Assembly: GCA_963699255.1 (NCBI GenBank)
Contig: OY969425.1
Span: 60,001 to 92,000, forward strand
Length of the DNA: 32,000 nucleotides
From: an uncultured bacterium
Lineage (GTDB): Bacteria; Margulisbacteria; WOR-1; CAVSGV01
Direction: 5' to 3'
Shown here: piece by piece, positions 1 to 8,320 of the stretch
Numbering within the stretch: the first letter of the stretch is position 1
Layout of the letters: each line of letters begins with the position of its first letter
Position numbers and translations under genes: made by a program
Notes under the pieces: model-generated
Seen by the model: only the letters and a program-made list of their open reading frames with translations
What the model was told of the DNA's origin: nothing
Databases searched by the model: none

Positions 1-117
1 AAGCTGGTCAAAAAAGGCGTAATGATCGGAGAGGTTACGAGGGCAAGGAAGATCGTTCTAGTCGACGGCAAAGGCCGGGAGTCTCTCATGAAAGCAAAGG
101 GGTACGAGCACTTTTGA
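1..117 (+). CDS. C-terminal fragment of a CDS truncated by the window edge, ending ...VLVDGKGRESLMKAKGYEHF*; family not determined
   Basis: Open frame from base 1 to TGA at 115-117, just upstream of the next ORF on the same strand. Confidence 0.5.
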   Translation, partial: KLVKKGVMIGEVTRARKIVLVDGKGRESLMKAKGYEHF

Positions 118-140
118 AGGGGTGAGGTCGGAGGGTAATT

Positions 141-1256
141 TTGATAAATAAGAACAATTTGGTAAAGCGTTTCATTAAATACGTTAAGATCGACAGCCTG
201 TCGGGAAAAGAAGCCCGGTTCATGAAGCTTATCAGGAAACAGCTGTCGGATATGGGGATCAGGTCATATCAGGACAATGCCGGCCGCAAGATCGGGGGCG
301 ACTGCGGCAACCTTTACGCTTTCATTAAAGGCACGGTAAAGGGCGCGCCAAGGATACTTATTAACGCTCATGTTGACACGGTCATGCCGGGGGAGAACAT
401 CAGGCCGCGGATAAGGAAAGGGATCATCCGCAGCGACGGGAAAACTATATTAGGCGCGGATAACAAGGCCGGCGTCGCGGTGATAATGGAAGTTTTAAAA
501 ACGATCAGGTCAAATAAAGTGCCTCACGGGGACCTGGATATTCTGTTCACTGTTTCGGAAGAAACCGGTCTCATGGGCTCAAAATACGTGGACAGGAAAT
601 TCCTGAAGGCCGACTTCGGCTATGTCCTGGACGGCGGGGAAGTGGAGGAGATGATCAACAATGCCCCTTCGCAGGACTCGTTCGACATCACGATAACGGG
701 GCGCGCGGCGCATGCAGGGGTCCATCCGGAGCAGGGGATAAACGCGATCAAGGTCGCGTCCGCGGCGATATCAAAGATGAGACTCGGAAGGATCGACCAT
801 GAAACCACCGCCAATATCGGGATAATAAAAGGCGGCGTCGCGACGAATATCGTCCCTGAAACCGTTAATATTCTGGGAGAGGCGAGGAGCCGCGACATGA
901 AGAAACTGAGGCGGCAGGTGAAGCATATGGTAAGCGTCCTGCGCGAGGCGTGCTCTAAATTCAAGGCAAAACTGATATGCAAGGTCACGCCTTCTTACAG
1001 GGCGTTCAATATCCCAAAGACGCATAAGGCATTGGTCCTGGCGCAGAAAGCGGCAAAAAAGATCGGATTGAAACCGGTCGTTAAACCTACCGGCGGCGGA
1101 AGCGACGCGAATATTTTCTCTTCATTTGGACTGCCGTGCCTGATCCTGGGCGTCGGAGCGGACAGCGTCCACACAAAAAAAGAGAACATAGCCGTGGATG
1201 ACATGGCGGCCGGCGCGGACCTTCTTTTAAATATCATAAAGGAGAGCTTGGGATGA
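141..1256 (+). CDS. M20-family metallopeptidase (peptidase T-like)
   Basis: 371-aa ORF with metal-site motifs LINAHVDTVMPG, ILGADNKAGVA and FTVSEETGLMGS, typical of the M20/PepT family. Confidence 0.88.
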   Translation: MINKNNLVKRFIKYVKIDSLSGKEARFMKLIRKQLSDMGIRSYQDNAGRKIGGDCGNLYAFIKGTVKGAPRILINAHVDTVMPGENIRPRIRKGIIRSDGKTILGADNKAGVAVIMEVLKTIRSNKVPHGDLDILFTVSEETGLMGSKYVDRKFLKADFGYVLDGGEVEEMINNAPSQDSFDITITGRAAHAGVHPEQGINAIKVASAAISKMRLGRIDHETTANIGIIKGGVATNIVPETVNILGEARSRDMKKLRRQVKHMVSVLREACSKFKAKLICKVTPSYRAFNIPKTHKALVLAQKAAKKIGLKPVVKPTGGGSDANIFSSFGLPCLILGVGADSVHTKKENIAVDDMAAGADLLLNIIKESLG

Positions 1257-1783
1257 TGGAGAAGACCCTGAAAACAAATAGGATATATAAAGGCAGGATC
1301 GTCGGATTGAGGGAGGACACTGTCAAACTAGTTAACGGAGTGGTGTCCAAAAGGGAGATAGTTGAGCATCCGGGCGCCGTCGCCGTTATCGCCGTTACAA
1401 AAGACGGCAGGATGGTCCTGATAAGGCAGTTCAGGAAACCCGCGGAGAAAGTTCTTCTTGAAATTCCCGCGGGGCTTGTGCACAAGGGAGAAAGCAATAT
1501 CAACGGCGCGCGAAGGGAGCTTACGGAAGAGACCGGATATGTGGCCGGCAGGATCAGGGAGATATTCAGCGGCTACTCGTCCCCTGGGTACAGCACGGAA
1601 GTGATAAAATTCTTCCTCGCGACCGACCTGAAGAAAGCGGAACAAAATTGCGATGCGGATGAAATGATCAGCGTTGAACTTTGTCCCGTGAAAAAAGCCC
1701 TGAAGATGCTGAGGCTGGGAAAGATAAGGGACAATAAAACAGCCGTCGGAATACTGCTAGCTAATATTTTATGGAAAAGATAA
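1253..1783 (+). CDS. NUDIX hydrolase, ADP-ribose pyrophosphatase-like
   Basis: NUDIX-box-like GINGARRELTEETGY; RQFRKPAEKVLLEIPAG is typical of the ADP-ribose pyrophosphatase group. Overlaps the upstream gene by 4 bp. Confidence 0.9.
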   Translation: MMEKTLKTNRIYKGRIVGLREDTVKLVNGVVSKREIVEHPGAVAVIAVTKDGRMVLIRQFRKPAEKVLLEIPAGLVHKGESNINGARRELTEETGYVAGRIREIFSGYSSPGYSTEVIKFFLATDLKKAEQNCDADEMISVELCPVKKALKMLRLGKIRDNKTAVGILLANILWKR

Positions 1784-2631
1784 TAGAAGAATTTTTAAGC
1801 CACCTTAAGTATGAAAGGGGATACAGCGGGAACACCGTATCTGCTTATAAGAGGGACCTTGCTCATTTTGACAGGCATTTGAGGCAGCTGAATATCAGCT
1901 CTGTAAGCAGCATCACAAGGCCCGCGATAAGTTCGTTCGTCACGGCCCTTGTGGGGATGGGGCTTGAAGCTTCAAGCATAGAAAGGCATGTTGCGGCGGT
2001 AAAATCATTTTTTGCTTATCTGGTAAGGGAAGGCAAGGTCAAGATAAACCCCACTTCTGATATAAGGCTTCCGAGAAAGAGCAAGAAACTGCCGAAAGCC
2101 CTTTCAATGAACGAGGCGAAGAGCCTGGTGGAATGCCCCAGGTCAAAAAAGGACAGGGCGATAATGGAGCTTCTTTACGCGACGGGGATAAGGGCGACGG
2201 AGCTGGTCGGCCTCACGCTGAATGATGTCAATCTGGACGTCGGCTTTATCAAATGTTTCGGCAAGGGCGGGAAAGAACGGATCGTGCCGATGGGAGGATC
2301 CGCGATCTCCGCCATTAAAGAATACATCAAGTCGGACCGTCCAAAGTCCTCAAGCGATATTTTGTTCCTGGACAGGATGGGAAAGCAGCTTACCCGCCAG
2401 GGACTCTGGTTCATCGTCAAGAAATACGTTGAATTATCGGGGGTGAGGGCGAGCGCGTCTCCCCACACCCTGAGGCATTCTTTCGCCACGCACCTTTTGG
2501 AGGGCGGCGCGGACCTGCGCTGCGTCCAGGAGATGCTGGGCCACAGCGATATTTCCACCACCCAGGTGTATACTAGCGTAAGCAGGGAGCGGCTGAAAAA
2601 GATATATCACTCCGCTCATCCTAGGGCATAA
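1771..2631 (+). CDS. xerD: Site-specific tyrosine recombinase, XerC/XerD type
   Basis: ATGIRATELVGL, HTLRHSFATHLLEGGADLRCVQEMLGHSDISTTQVYTSVSRERLKKIYHSAHPRA: catalytic R, HxxR, H/W region, Y and canonical HPRA C-terminus. XerC versus XerD not resolved. Confidence 0.9.
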   Translation: MEKIIEEFLSHLKYERGYSGNTVSAYKRDLAHFDRHLRQLNISSVSSITRPAISSFVTALVGMGLEASSIERHVAAVKSFFAYLVREGKVKINPTSDIRLPRKSKKLPKALSMNEAKSLVECPRSKKDRAIMELLYATGIRATELVGLTLNDVNLDVGFIKCFGKGGKERIVPMGGSAISAIKEYIKSDRPKSSSDILFLDRMGKQLTRQGLWFIVKKYVELSGVRASASPHTLRHSFATHLLEGGADLRCVQEMLGHSDISTTQVYTSVSRERLKKIYHSAHPRA

Positions 2632-2844
2632 CGGGTAACCATGGAACCTGAGACTAAAAGTCTCGGTTCCAAATAGAGTATGAAAATTAACCGCGAATTT
2701 TATTCGCGGGATGTTAGTTAGCTCATCCTAGGGCATAACGGGTAACCATGGAACCTGAGACTAAAAGTCTCGGTTCCAAATAGAGTATGAAAATTAACCG
2801 CGAATTTTATTCGCGGGATTTTAGTTAACTCATCCGAGGGCATA
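2614..2844. repeat. 107-bp tandem duplication (2614-2720, 2721-2827) plus partial third copy (2828-2844), each full unit holding two hairpins
   Basis: The full units differ at one base (atgttag vs attttag). The partial unit actcatccgagggcata matches gctcatcctagggcata at 15/17. Hairpin 1 is GGAACCtGAGACT-AAA-AGTCTCGGTTCC. Hairpin 2 is CCGCGAA-TTTTA-TTCGCGG. Confidence 0.95.
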
Positions 2845-2848
2845 AAAT

Positions 2849-3448
2849 ATGTTAGGCGCTTTGATACTTATTTTGATATTCCTTTTTGCCGTCACGATAC
2901 ACGAGGCCTCTCACGGATTCGTGGCTAACATGCTTGGGGATCCGACGCCGAAGCTTGCCGGCCGCCTGACCCTGAACCCTGTGGCGCATCTGGATCCCAT
3001 CGGGACGCTGCTGCCTCTTTTGCTGATATTTTCTGGGTCTCCAATGGTATTCGGCTGGGCGAAGCCGGTGCCGATAAACCCTTATAATTTCAAGGACCCA
3101 TCCCGTGGGGAAATGCTGGTTTCGTTCGCCGGGCCGTTCTCAAATTTCCTTGCCGCATGGATAGTTGCGATGCTGATAAGGTTCATCCCCGCACATATAA
3201 TGATGACCGGTATTACAGTTTCCGTTATACGCAGCTTTATTCTGGTCAATCTTACCCTGGCGGTCTTTAATCTTATTCCTATCCCGCCTTTGGACGGTTC
3301 GCACATACTTGAGCCGTTCATTCCGTACGAGTTCAGGCGGATGTTCGAGCAATACGGCTTCTTCATATTGATATTCATACTTATTTTCCCGCCAACGGCG
3401 GACCTGTTGTTCTACATAATAAACTTCCTGTTCGGGCTGATGACCTAA
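2849..3448 (+). CDS. Site-2 protease family membrane metalloprotease (peptidase M50)
   Basis: HExxH motif (HEASHGF) in a hydrophobic helix plus NLIPIPPLDGSHI; several TM segments. Confidence 0.88.
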   Translation: MLGALILILIFLFAVTIHEASHGFVANMLGDPTPKLAGRLTLNPVAHLDPIGTLLPLLLIFSGSPMVFGWAKPVPINPYNFKDPSRGEMLVSFAGPFSNFLAAWIVAMLIRFIPAHIMMTGITVSVIRSFILVNLTLAVFNLIPIPPLDGSHILEPFIPYEFRRMFEQYGFFILIFILIFPPTADLLFYIINFLFGLMT

Positions 3449-3449
3449 A

Positions 3450-4631
3450 ATGAACTATCGCCGCGCGGTCGCCTATCTGGAGAGCTTTCAGAAAATGGGC
3501 ATAAGGCTTGGGCTTGAAAGGATCCGCACCCTGCTTTCGCATCTCGGAGCCCCCCAGGATGCTTACAAGATGATCCACATTGCCGGAACGAACGGAAAAG
3601 GTTCCATTGCCGCCATGCTTTCATCGATACTTAAACAGGCCGGATATAATGTAGGGCTTTACACTTCGCCGCATCTCGTCGATTACACCGAGAGGATAAG
3701 GATAAATGAGAAGGACGTCTCGAGGGAAAAATTCGCCGCGGCCGTTGAGGCGGTTAAAAAGGTCATCAACAAGCTGCCGGAGATGGACCTTACGGAATTC
3801 GAGGTCCTGACCGCCGCATCGTTCTTGTTGTTATCCCGTGAAAAAGTTGAGATAGTCATCGTTGAGACCGGGCTTGGCGGCAGTCTTGACGCGACGAACG
3901 TAATAACCCCCATATTATCGATCATCACTAATATCGATTATGACCACATGGATGTTCTGGGCGGCACTATAAGCAAGATAGCAAAGGAAAAGGGCGGGAT
4001 CATAAAGAACCATGTCCCGCTTGTCACCGGCGAAAAAAAAGTGTGGCGGATCCTGCATAGTATATGTAAGGAAAAGAGATGCAGGTTCATCAGGTCCGTC
4101 AGGGAAAAGGTTAAATATGTCCCGTTACTGGGGAGCCATCAGGCGGAGAACACGAAGGTTGTGCTTGCCAGCGTACGGGTTTTAAGGGGTTTGGGGCTCA
4201 ATATCAGCGATAAGCAGGTGGACAGAGGGCTTCGGCGCACTTTCTGGCCAGGAAGGCTTCAGGTCGTCTCAAAAAGTCCTCTGACTATCCTTGACGGGGC
4301 GCATAATCCCGCGGGAGCGAAAGCTCTGGTTGAATATCTGTCAGGATTGAAGAAGAAGTTCACTTTTGTTATCGGGATGCAGAGGAACAAGGATATTGAT
4401 AGTGTTATCAAAATATTGATGCCTGTCGCGGACAGGTTCATTGTTGTAAAGTCGAGCAATCCGAATGCCGTGTCGAAAGATGTCCTTGCGAAGAAGATAG
4501 AGAGGGCAGGGGGGCTGGCGGTGATCGCGAAGGATCTGAAGGGGGCACTTTCGATGGCGAAAAAGACAGGGAATCCCGTCTGTGTCGCCGGCTCGCTTTA
4601 TTTAATAGGAGATGCGTTAAAGAAGTTTTAA
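3450..4631 (+). CDS. folC: Bifunctional folylpolyglutamate synthase / dihydrofolate synthase
   Basis: IAGTNGKGSIAAMLSSIL P-loop, GLYTSPHLVDYTERIRIN, ETGLGGSLDATNV, LDGAHNPAGA. Confidence 0.93.
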   Translation: MNYRRAVAYLESFQKMGIRLGLERIRTLLSHLGAPQDAYKMIHIAGTNGKGSIAAMLSSILKQAGYNVGLYTSPHLVDYTERIRINEKDVSREKFAAAVEAVKKVINKLPEMDLTEFEVLTAASFLLLSREKVEIVIVETGLGGSLDATNVITPILSIITNIDYDHMDVLGGTISKIAKEKGGIIKNHVPLVTGEKKVWRILHSICKEKRCRFIRSVREKVKYVPLLGSHQAENTKVVLASVRVLRGLGLNISDKQVDRGLRRTFWPGRLQVVSKSPLTILDGAHNPAGAKALVEYLSGLKKKFTFVIGMQRNKDIDSVIKILMPVADRFIVVKSSNPNAVSKDVLAKKIERAGGLAVIAKDLKGALSMAKKTGNPVCVAGSLYLIGDALKKF

Positions 4632-4870
4632 TTTGAGAAGGATTTAAAAGGTCCTTATTTAAGGAGTTGTCGGATGATGCTCGTTGCAATGGCATTTACT
4701 CTAATTCATAGGCACAGTCTGGGTAAAGAGAGTTTGAGAAGGCGAAGGAATGGAATATTAGGATTCCGAACGAAAAAGAGTATAATGAGTTGAAATATCT
4801 TATTTTGTTAGGTGTACTAATGTGATTAGCGGAAATGAATCAACTAAAAAACGACTATTGGAGGTAAATC

Positions 4871-6412
4871 ATGGATGTAACAGATGAAGTGTCTTTTTGG
4901 TCCAGATTAGGATTTAAGGCGAACCCTTTCCAATATACAAATGCTGACCAGGAAGATGAATTGCATAAATATTTTGTGCCGCCTCAATATTTTCCGTCTG
5001 TATGGGGTGACCCTCAAAAACCCCAGTCTTGTGTGGTGTTTGCACCACGTGGTGGAGGCAAATCTGCACAAAGAAGAATGATCGAAAATCAAAGTATTGG
5101 GAGTAAAGTCCTTGCACTTCAGTACACAAGGTTTGAATTTAGACCGGGTATGCGCATATCGGACATAGATATTGAATATCATCTCAAAAACATTATTCGA
5201 ATATGTTTAATCGGATTTCTTATGCAAACATATGAGAATAAAATTGGGCATATGGTTTTCAATGCAACTGAAAAGAGGCAAGTTAAGGATCTATGTAATT
5301 TTTATTTACATGATATGAATACTGAAGCGGTTTCCGCAGCTGTAAATGCGATAATGAGTCCAGCCGAAAAAGCAAAAAAATTGTTTTATGAGAACTCATG
5401 GGTTATCGGACCAATTATTCAGATTTTAGCAAAAACGTATATAGGGATAGACTTATTCCCTTTAACACTTCAAGCTGATGATACATCAATAAGAAATGTA
5501 TCAAAGACGCACTTAGAGAACATATTATTACTAATTAAAAAGCTTGGTTATGATTCAGTATATGTATTAATTGATAAAGTCGATGAAACAAGCTTAACAA
5601 GTAATAATGCACAAGCTTCCTTTGATTTGATTGCTCCAATGCTTAAGGATTTAGAATTACTACAAATGGGTAATATTGCCTTCAAATTCTTTTTGTGGGA
5701 TGAAATCACTCCTTCATTTATTAAATATGCACGGCCTGACAGAATTACGGCATTTAATATGACATGGTTAGAAGCAGACTTAAAAAATATGATGACTCGG
5801 AGGCTGTGTGCTTATAGCAATAATGGTAAGCGCAATTTCGGAAATCTATTTGATGCTAAGATAGCCCCCATAGATGTCCTTGAAGAATTGCTTTCTATTT
5901 TCTCCCAGAATTCCCCAAGAGATATGATTCGGATATGCAGGCAAATGGCTGCTGAACAATTAAAAATTAACCCATCAGATAGCCATATAGGCATGACTGC
6001 TGCTACTGAAGGGATAAACAGATTTTGTCTTGACCGCGCGCGCGAAGTTGTTTCCACGAAGATTCTTGAAGAGCTTCAGAAAACTCACCGATTAGATTTC
6101 ACTGTAAATTATGTTGCAAATGATATTTTTAAAATAGACCAAAATGCTGCAAGGGCAAAAATTACCTCAAGTTGGGTGGTAACTGGTATTATAAGGCGCA
6201 TTGATGATACCCATATTAAGGGAGTAAAAAAACCAGCGCATCATTTTGCGGTTATGGATTCTAGGATTGCCAGATCAATATTCCCTGAACTAAACTTTCT
6301 GGATTTCTTAGAGAATAAAGTTCGTGAATGTAAATGCGGGGAATTTGTTCTTAGAGATTGGGATATTTCAAGCAATCAGATATGTCAAAAGTGCAAAACG
6401 CAAATGAAATAA
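4871..6412 (+). CDS. Large P-loop ATPase of unassigned function with C-terminal zinc-ribbon-like motif
   Basis: 513-aa ORF with Walker A-like APRGGGKS, Walker B-like VYVLIDKVDE, and C-terminal CKCGEF...CQKCKTQ. RBS-like ggaggtaaatc precedes ATG. More AT-rich than neighbours. Confidence 0.75.
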   Translation: MDVTDEVSFWSRLGFKANPFQYTNADQEDELHKYFVPPQYFPSVWGDPQKPQSCVVFAPRGGGKSAQRRMIENQSIGSKVLALQYTRFEFRPGMRISDIDIEYHLKNIIRICLIGFLMQTYENKIGHMVFNATEKRQVKDLCNFYLHDMNTEAVSAAVNAIMSPAEKAKKLFYENSWVIGPIIQILAKTYIGIDLFPLTLQADDTSIRNVSKTHLENILLLIKKLGYDSVYVLIDKVDETSLTSNNAQASFDLIAPMLKDLELLQMGNIAFKFFLWDEITPSFIKYARPDRITAFNMTWLEADLKNMMTRRLCAYSNNGKRNFGNLFDAKIAPIDVLEELLSIFSQNSPRDMIRICRQMAAEQLKINPSDSHIGMTAATEGINRFCLDRAREVVSTKILEELQKTHRLDFTVNYVANDIFKIDQNAARAKITSSWVVTGIIRRIDDTHIKGVKKPAHHFAVMDSRIARSIFPELNFLDFLENKVRECKCGEFVLRDWDISSNQICQKCKTQMK

Positions 6413-6502
6413 TGGACAGGTGATTATCTATGCTAATCACTCTTCTTCTTCAGGAGTGCTAGGGAGGCAGGCTAAGAATCCTTAAATATGCTCTCTAACT
6501 TG

Positions 6503-7063
6503 CTATTTCTTGATATTTATTGCCACTGACCGGCTGAACCAGATCTTAGGTTCTTCAAGAACATTAAACCCAAGGCTTTTTATCGTTTCTATCGACTTGC
6601 TAAAGTCTTTCTTTGAAACATGGAACTTCGGCTCAACTATTAGGACTTTCCCGTCCGGCTTCAATAACGTCTTTATTTCCTTCAACAACGCCAGCTGGTC
6701 GGGGATCTCGTGAAGGACATAAAATATCAAAATAAAGTCGAACTTTTCCGTTAAGCCTAACTTGTCCTTCGGGGTTATATATAGCTCTATGTTCTTAAGG
6801 CCCGAACGCTCGATCTTTTTCTTCAGTATCTCCAGCATCCCATCCTGCAGATCAGCCGCAACCACCTTGCCGGAAGCTCCCACCATCTTCGCCATATCCA
6901 TGGTGAAAAATCCCGGGCCGCAGCCAAGATCAAGCACCGTCATCCCTTCATTAATATATGGCTTTAATATCCGCTTCGGATCATGGGCCCGCCTGCGTAT
7001 CCCCATATCCAATATGCCCGAGAGTATTACCGGGCAGATTTTGTAGTTTATATCTAATTTCAT
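6503..7063 (-). CDS. Class I SAM-dependent methyltransferase
   Basis: VLDLGCGPGFFTMDMAKMVG motif I, VVAADLQDGML, FILIFYVLHEI, LLKPDGKVLIVEPK. Confidence 0.88.
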   Translation of the reverse strand: MKLDINYKICPVILSGILDMGIRRRAHDPKRILKPYINEGMTVLDLGCGPGFFTMDMAKMVGASGKVVAADLQDGMLEILKKKIERSGLKNIELYITPKDKLGLTEKFDFILIFYVLHEIPDQLALLKEIKTLLKPDGKVLIVEPKFHVSKKDFSKSIETIKSLGFNVLEEPKIWFSRSVAINIKK

Positions 7064-7254
7064 TTTTCCTTCCCGCTTTCTTTATTATATTTATCGTTCA
7101 TCAGCTTGTCTATATTTCATTTGTTGAACTATTTTTCAGGTGAGAGTTAACATGGTGGAAGCTAATTTGGGCTTATCGGCAAGATCAAAACGCGTTTCTG
7201 CGCTTTAGATATACTATGGCATAGTAATAAGCCAATCAGAAACGCTTGACCTTC

Positions 7255-7302
7255 TTTCTTTGTTACTTTCTTTGTGTCAAGACAAAGAAAGTAAGAAAGA
7301 AA
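7255..7302. repeat. Imperfect inverted repeat in non-coding DNA
   Basis: tttctttgttactttctttgt / acaaagaaagtaagaaagaaa, 20/21 complementary around the spacer gtcaag. Confidence 0.85.
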
Positions 7303-7351
7303 TGCCTTTGTGTTGTTTAGACAAAAAATGATCTTAAATGATCGAGACGAG

Positions 7352-7537
7352 GGGCTCTGCCCTTACGTAGAAAGTATAGTGGTTCCATTAAGATATCTCT
7401 CTCATCCCGCCCATTTTCTTTCTGCTCCTTCCTTGACTTGCCTACTCCCCCGACACAAGGTCGAGGTCGTACGGCTCAAACAGAAGGCCTAACAATGAAA
7501 CCCCCTCTGTATCTCCCCCTTACTAAGGGGGAGAAGT
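7352..7537. repeat. Dispersed composite repeat, copy A, containing the hairpin tctccccctt-act-aagggggaga
   Basis: Block 7352-7425 matches 9611-9684 (about 72/74). Block 7468-7537 matches 9784-9853 (about 67/70). Inter-block spacing differs between copies. Confidence 0.9.
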
Positions 7538-7723
7538 CTTGCGCGCAAGCGTGAGACAGAGGGGGTGCAGACTTATTAAGAGGTTGACAATGGGATTTTT
7601 GGCTATTAGTATGACTGCATCGGTCTCGCAAGAGGGGTTAACCCGTTATTCTTTAAGCCATAAATACTGAAATTTATCGCGTAATTTAATGATATATATG
7701 ATGAGAAGAGGAGAATTGATCCG

Positions 7724-7912
7724 ATGGACAACACATTGGTAAAAGATGAAAAATACGGCGGCCGGTTCGTGGCTCTGAAGAGCTTTGACGACAAAACAAT
7801 ACTTGTTGACGGGAAAGATCCGAAAGAAACCCTTGAAAAAGCAGCTCAAAAAGGGTTTAAAAATCCTGTAATATTCTATGTGCCGATAAAAGATATGGTT
7901 CAGATCTACTGA
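7724..7912 (+). CDS. Small DUF5678-like protein
   Basis: 62 aa with EKYGGRFVALKSFDDKTILVDGKDPKETLEKAAQKGFKNPVIFYVP; pattern recalled for DUF5678-type proteins, not searched. Confidence 0.6.
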   Translation: MDNTLVKDEKYGGRFVALKSFDDKTILVDGKDPKETLEKAAQKGFKNPVIFYVPIKDMVQIY

Positions 7913-7915
7913 CAG

Positions 7916-8320
7916 ATGGGACTTCAGAACAAACCTTTTATTCAGATCGGCTCGGGAAATACTCCAAAACCCTAGCTTCCTATCGTTATAATAAATCCTC
8001 ATACCAAGAAAAGCGTTTCCACTTATGGACTTGTTGACACGGGTGCGGATGAATGCGCCTTGCCCGCTAGTTTTGCCGAAATACTTGGCCATAACCTGCA
8101 ACAAGGAAGCCCCAAGGAAATATCCACGGGGAATGGCATTACGATCGCATATTCGCATACTGTTTCAATTGAAACGGATGGCTTTCATACGGAGGATGTG
8201 TTGATCGATTTTATGCCCAATTTAAGCATTCCATTGTTGGGCGTGAGAAGCTTTTTGAGTAAATTTATTCTAACGATTAACTATAAAGAGCGAACTTTTT
8301 CTCTGCAGCCAAACAACTGA
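7916..8320 (+). pseudogene. Retropepsin-like aspartic protease reading frame interrupted by an in-frame TAG at 7973-7975
   Basis: Frame from ATG 7916 reads MGLQNKPFIQIGSGNTPKP*LPIVIINPHTKKSVSTYGLVDTGADECALPASFAEILGHN...IPLLGVRSFLSKFILTINYKERTFSLQPNN. DTGAD catalytic motif retained. No ATG lies between the TAG and DTGAD. Confidence 0.7.

Noticed and set aside
1771-2631. XerD-like recombinase as an integrase of a mobile element
   Set aside because: Canonical Xer C-terminus (HPRA), overlap with a NUDIX gene and housekeeping context indicate a chromosomal Xer recombinase; no att-like pair found.
2614-2844. CRISPR-like array interpretation of the tandem repeat
   Set aside because: The units are 107 bp and contiguous with no variable spacers, and there are no cas genes.
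4438-4695. Minus-strand 85-aa ORF overlapping the folC 3' end
   Set aside because: Antisense to a confident gene, low-complexity composition, no RBS or homology clue.
4822-6440. 9-bp inverted repeat gtgattagc / gctaatcac flanking the orphan ATPase
   Set aside because: Too short for its distance; such a match is plausible by chance in the two flanks, with no associated duplication.
7310-7492. 60-aa ORF in repeat copy A and the 93-aa ORF 9626-9907 in copy B, sharing ESIVVPLRYLSHPAHFLSA
   Set aside because: Peptide similarity is explained by the shared non-coding repeat; the frames diverge afterwards and no RBS or conserved product is apparent.
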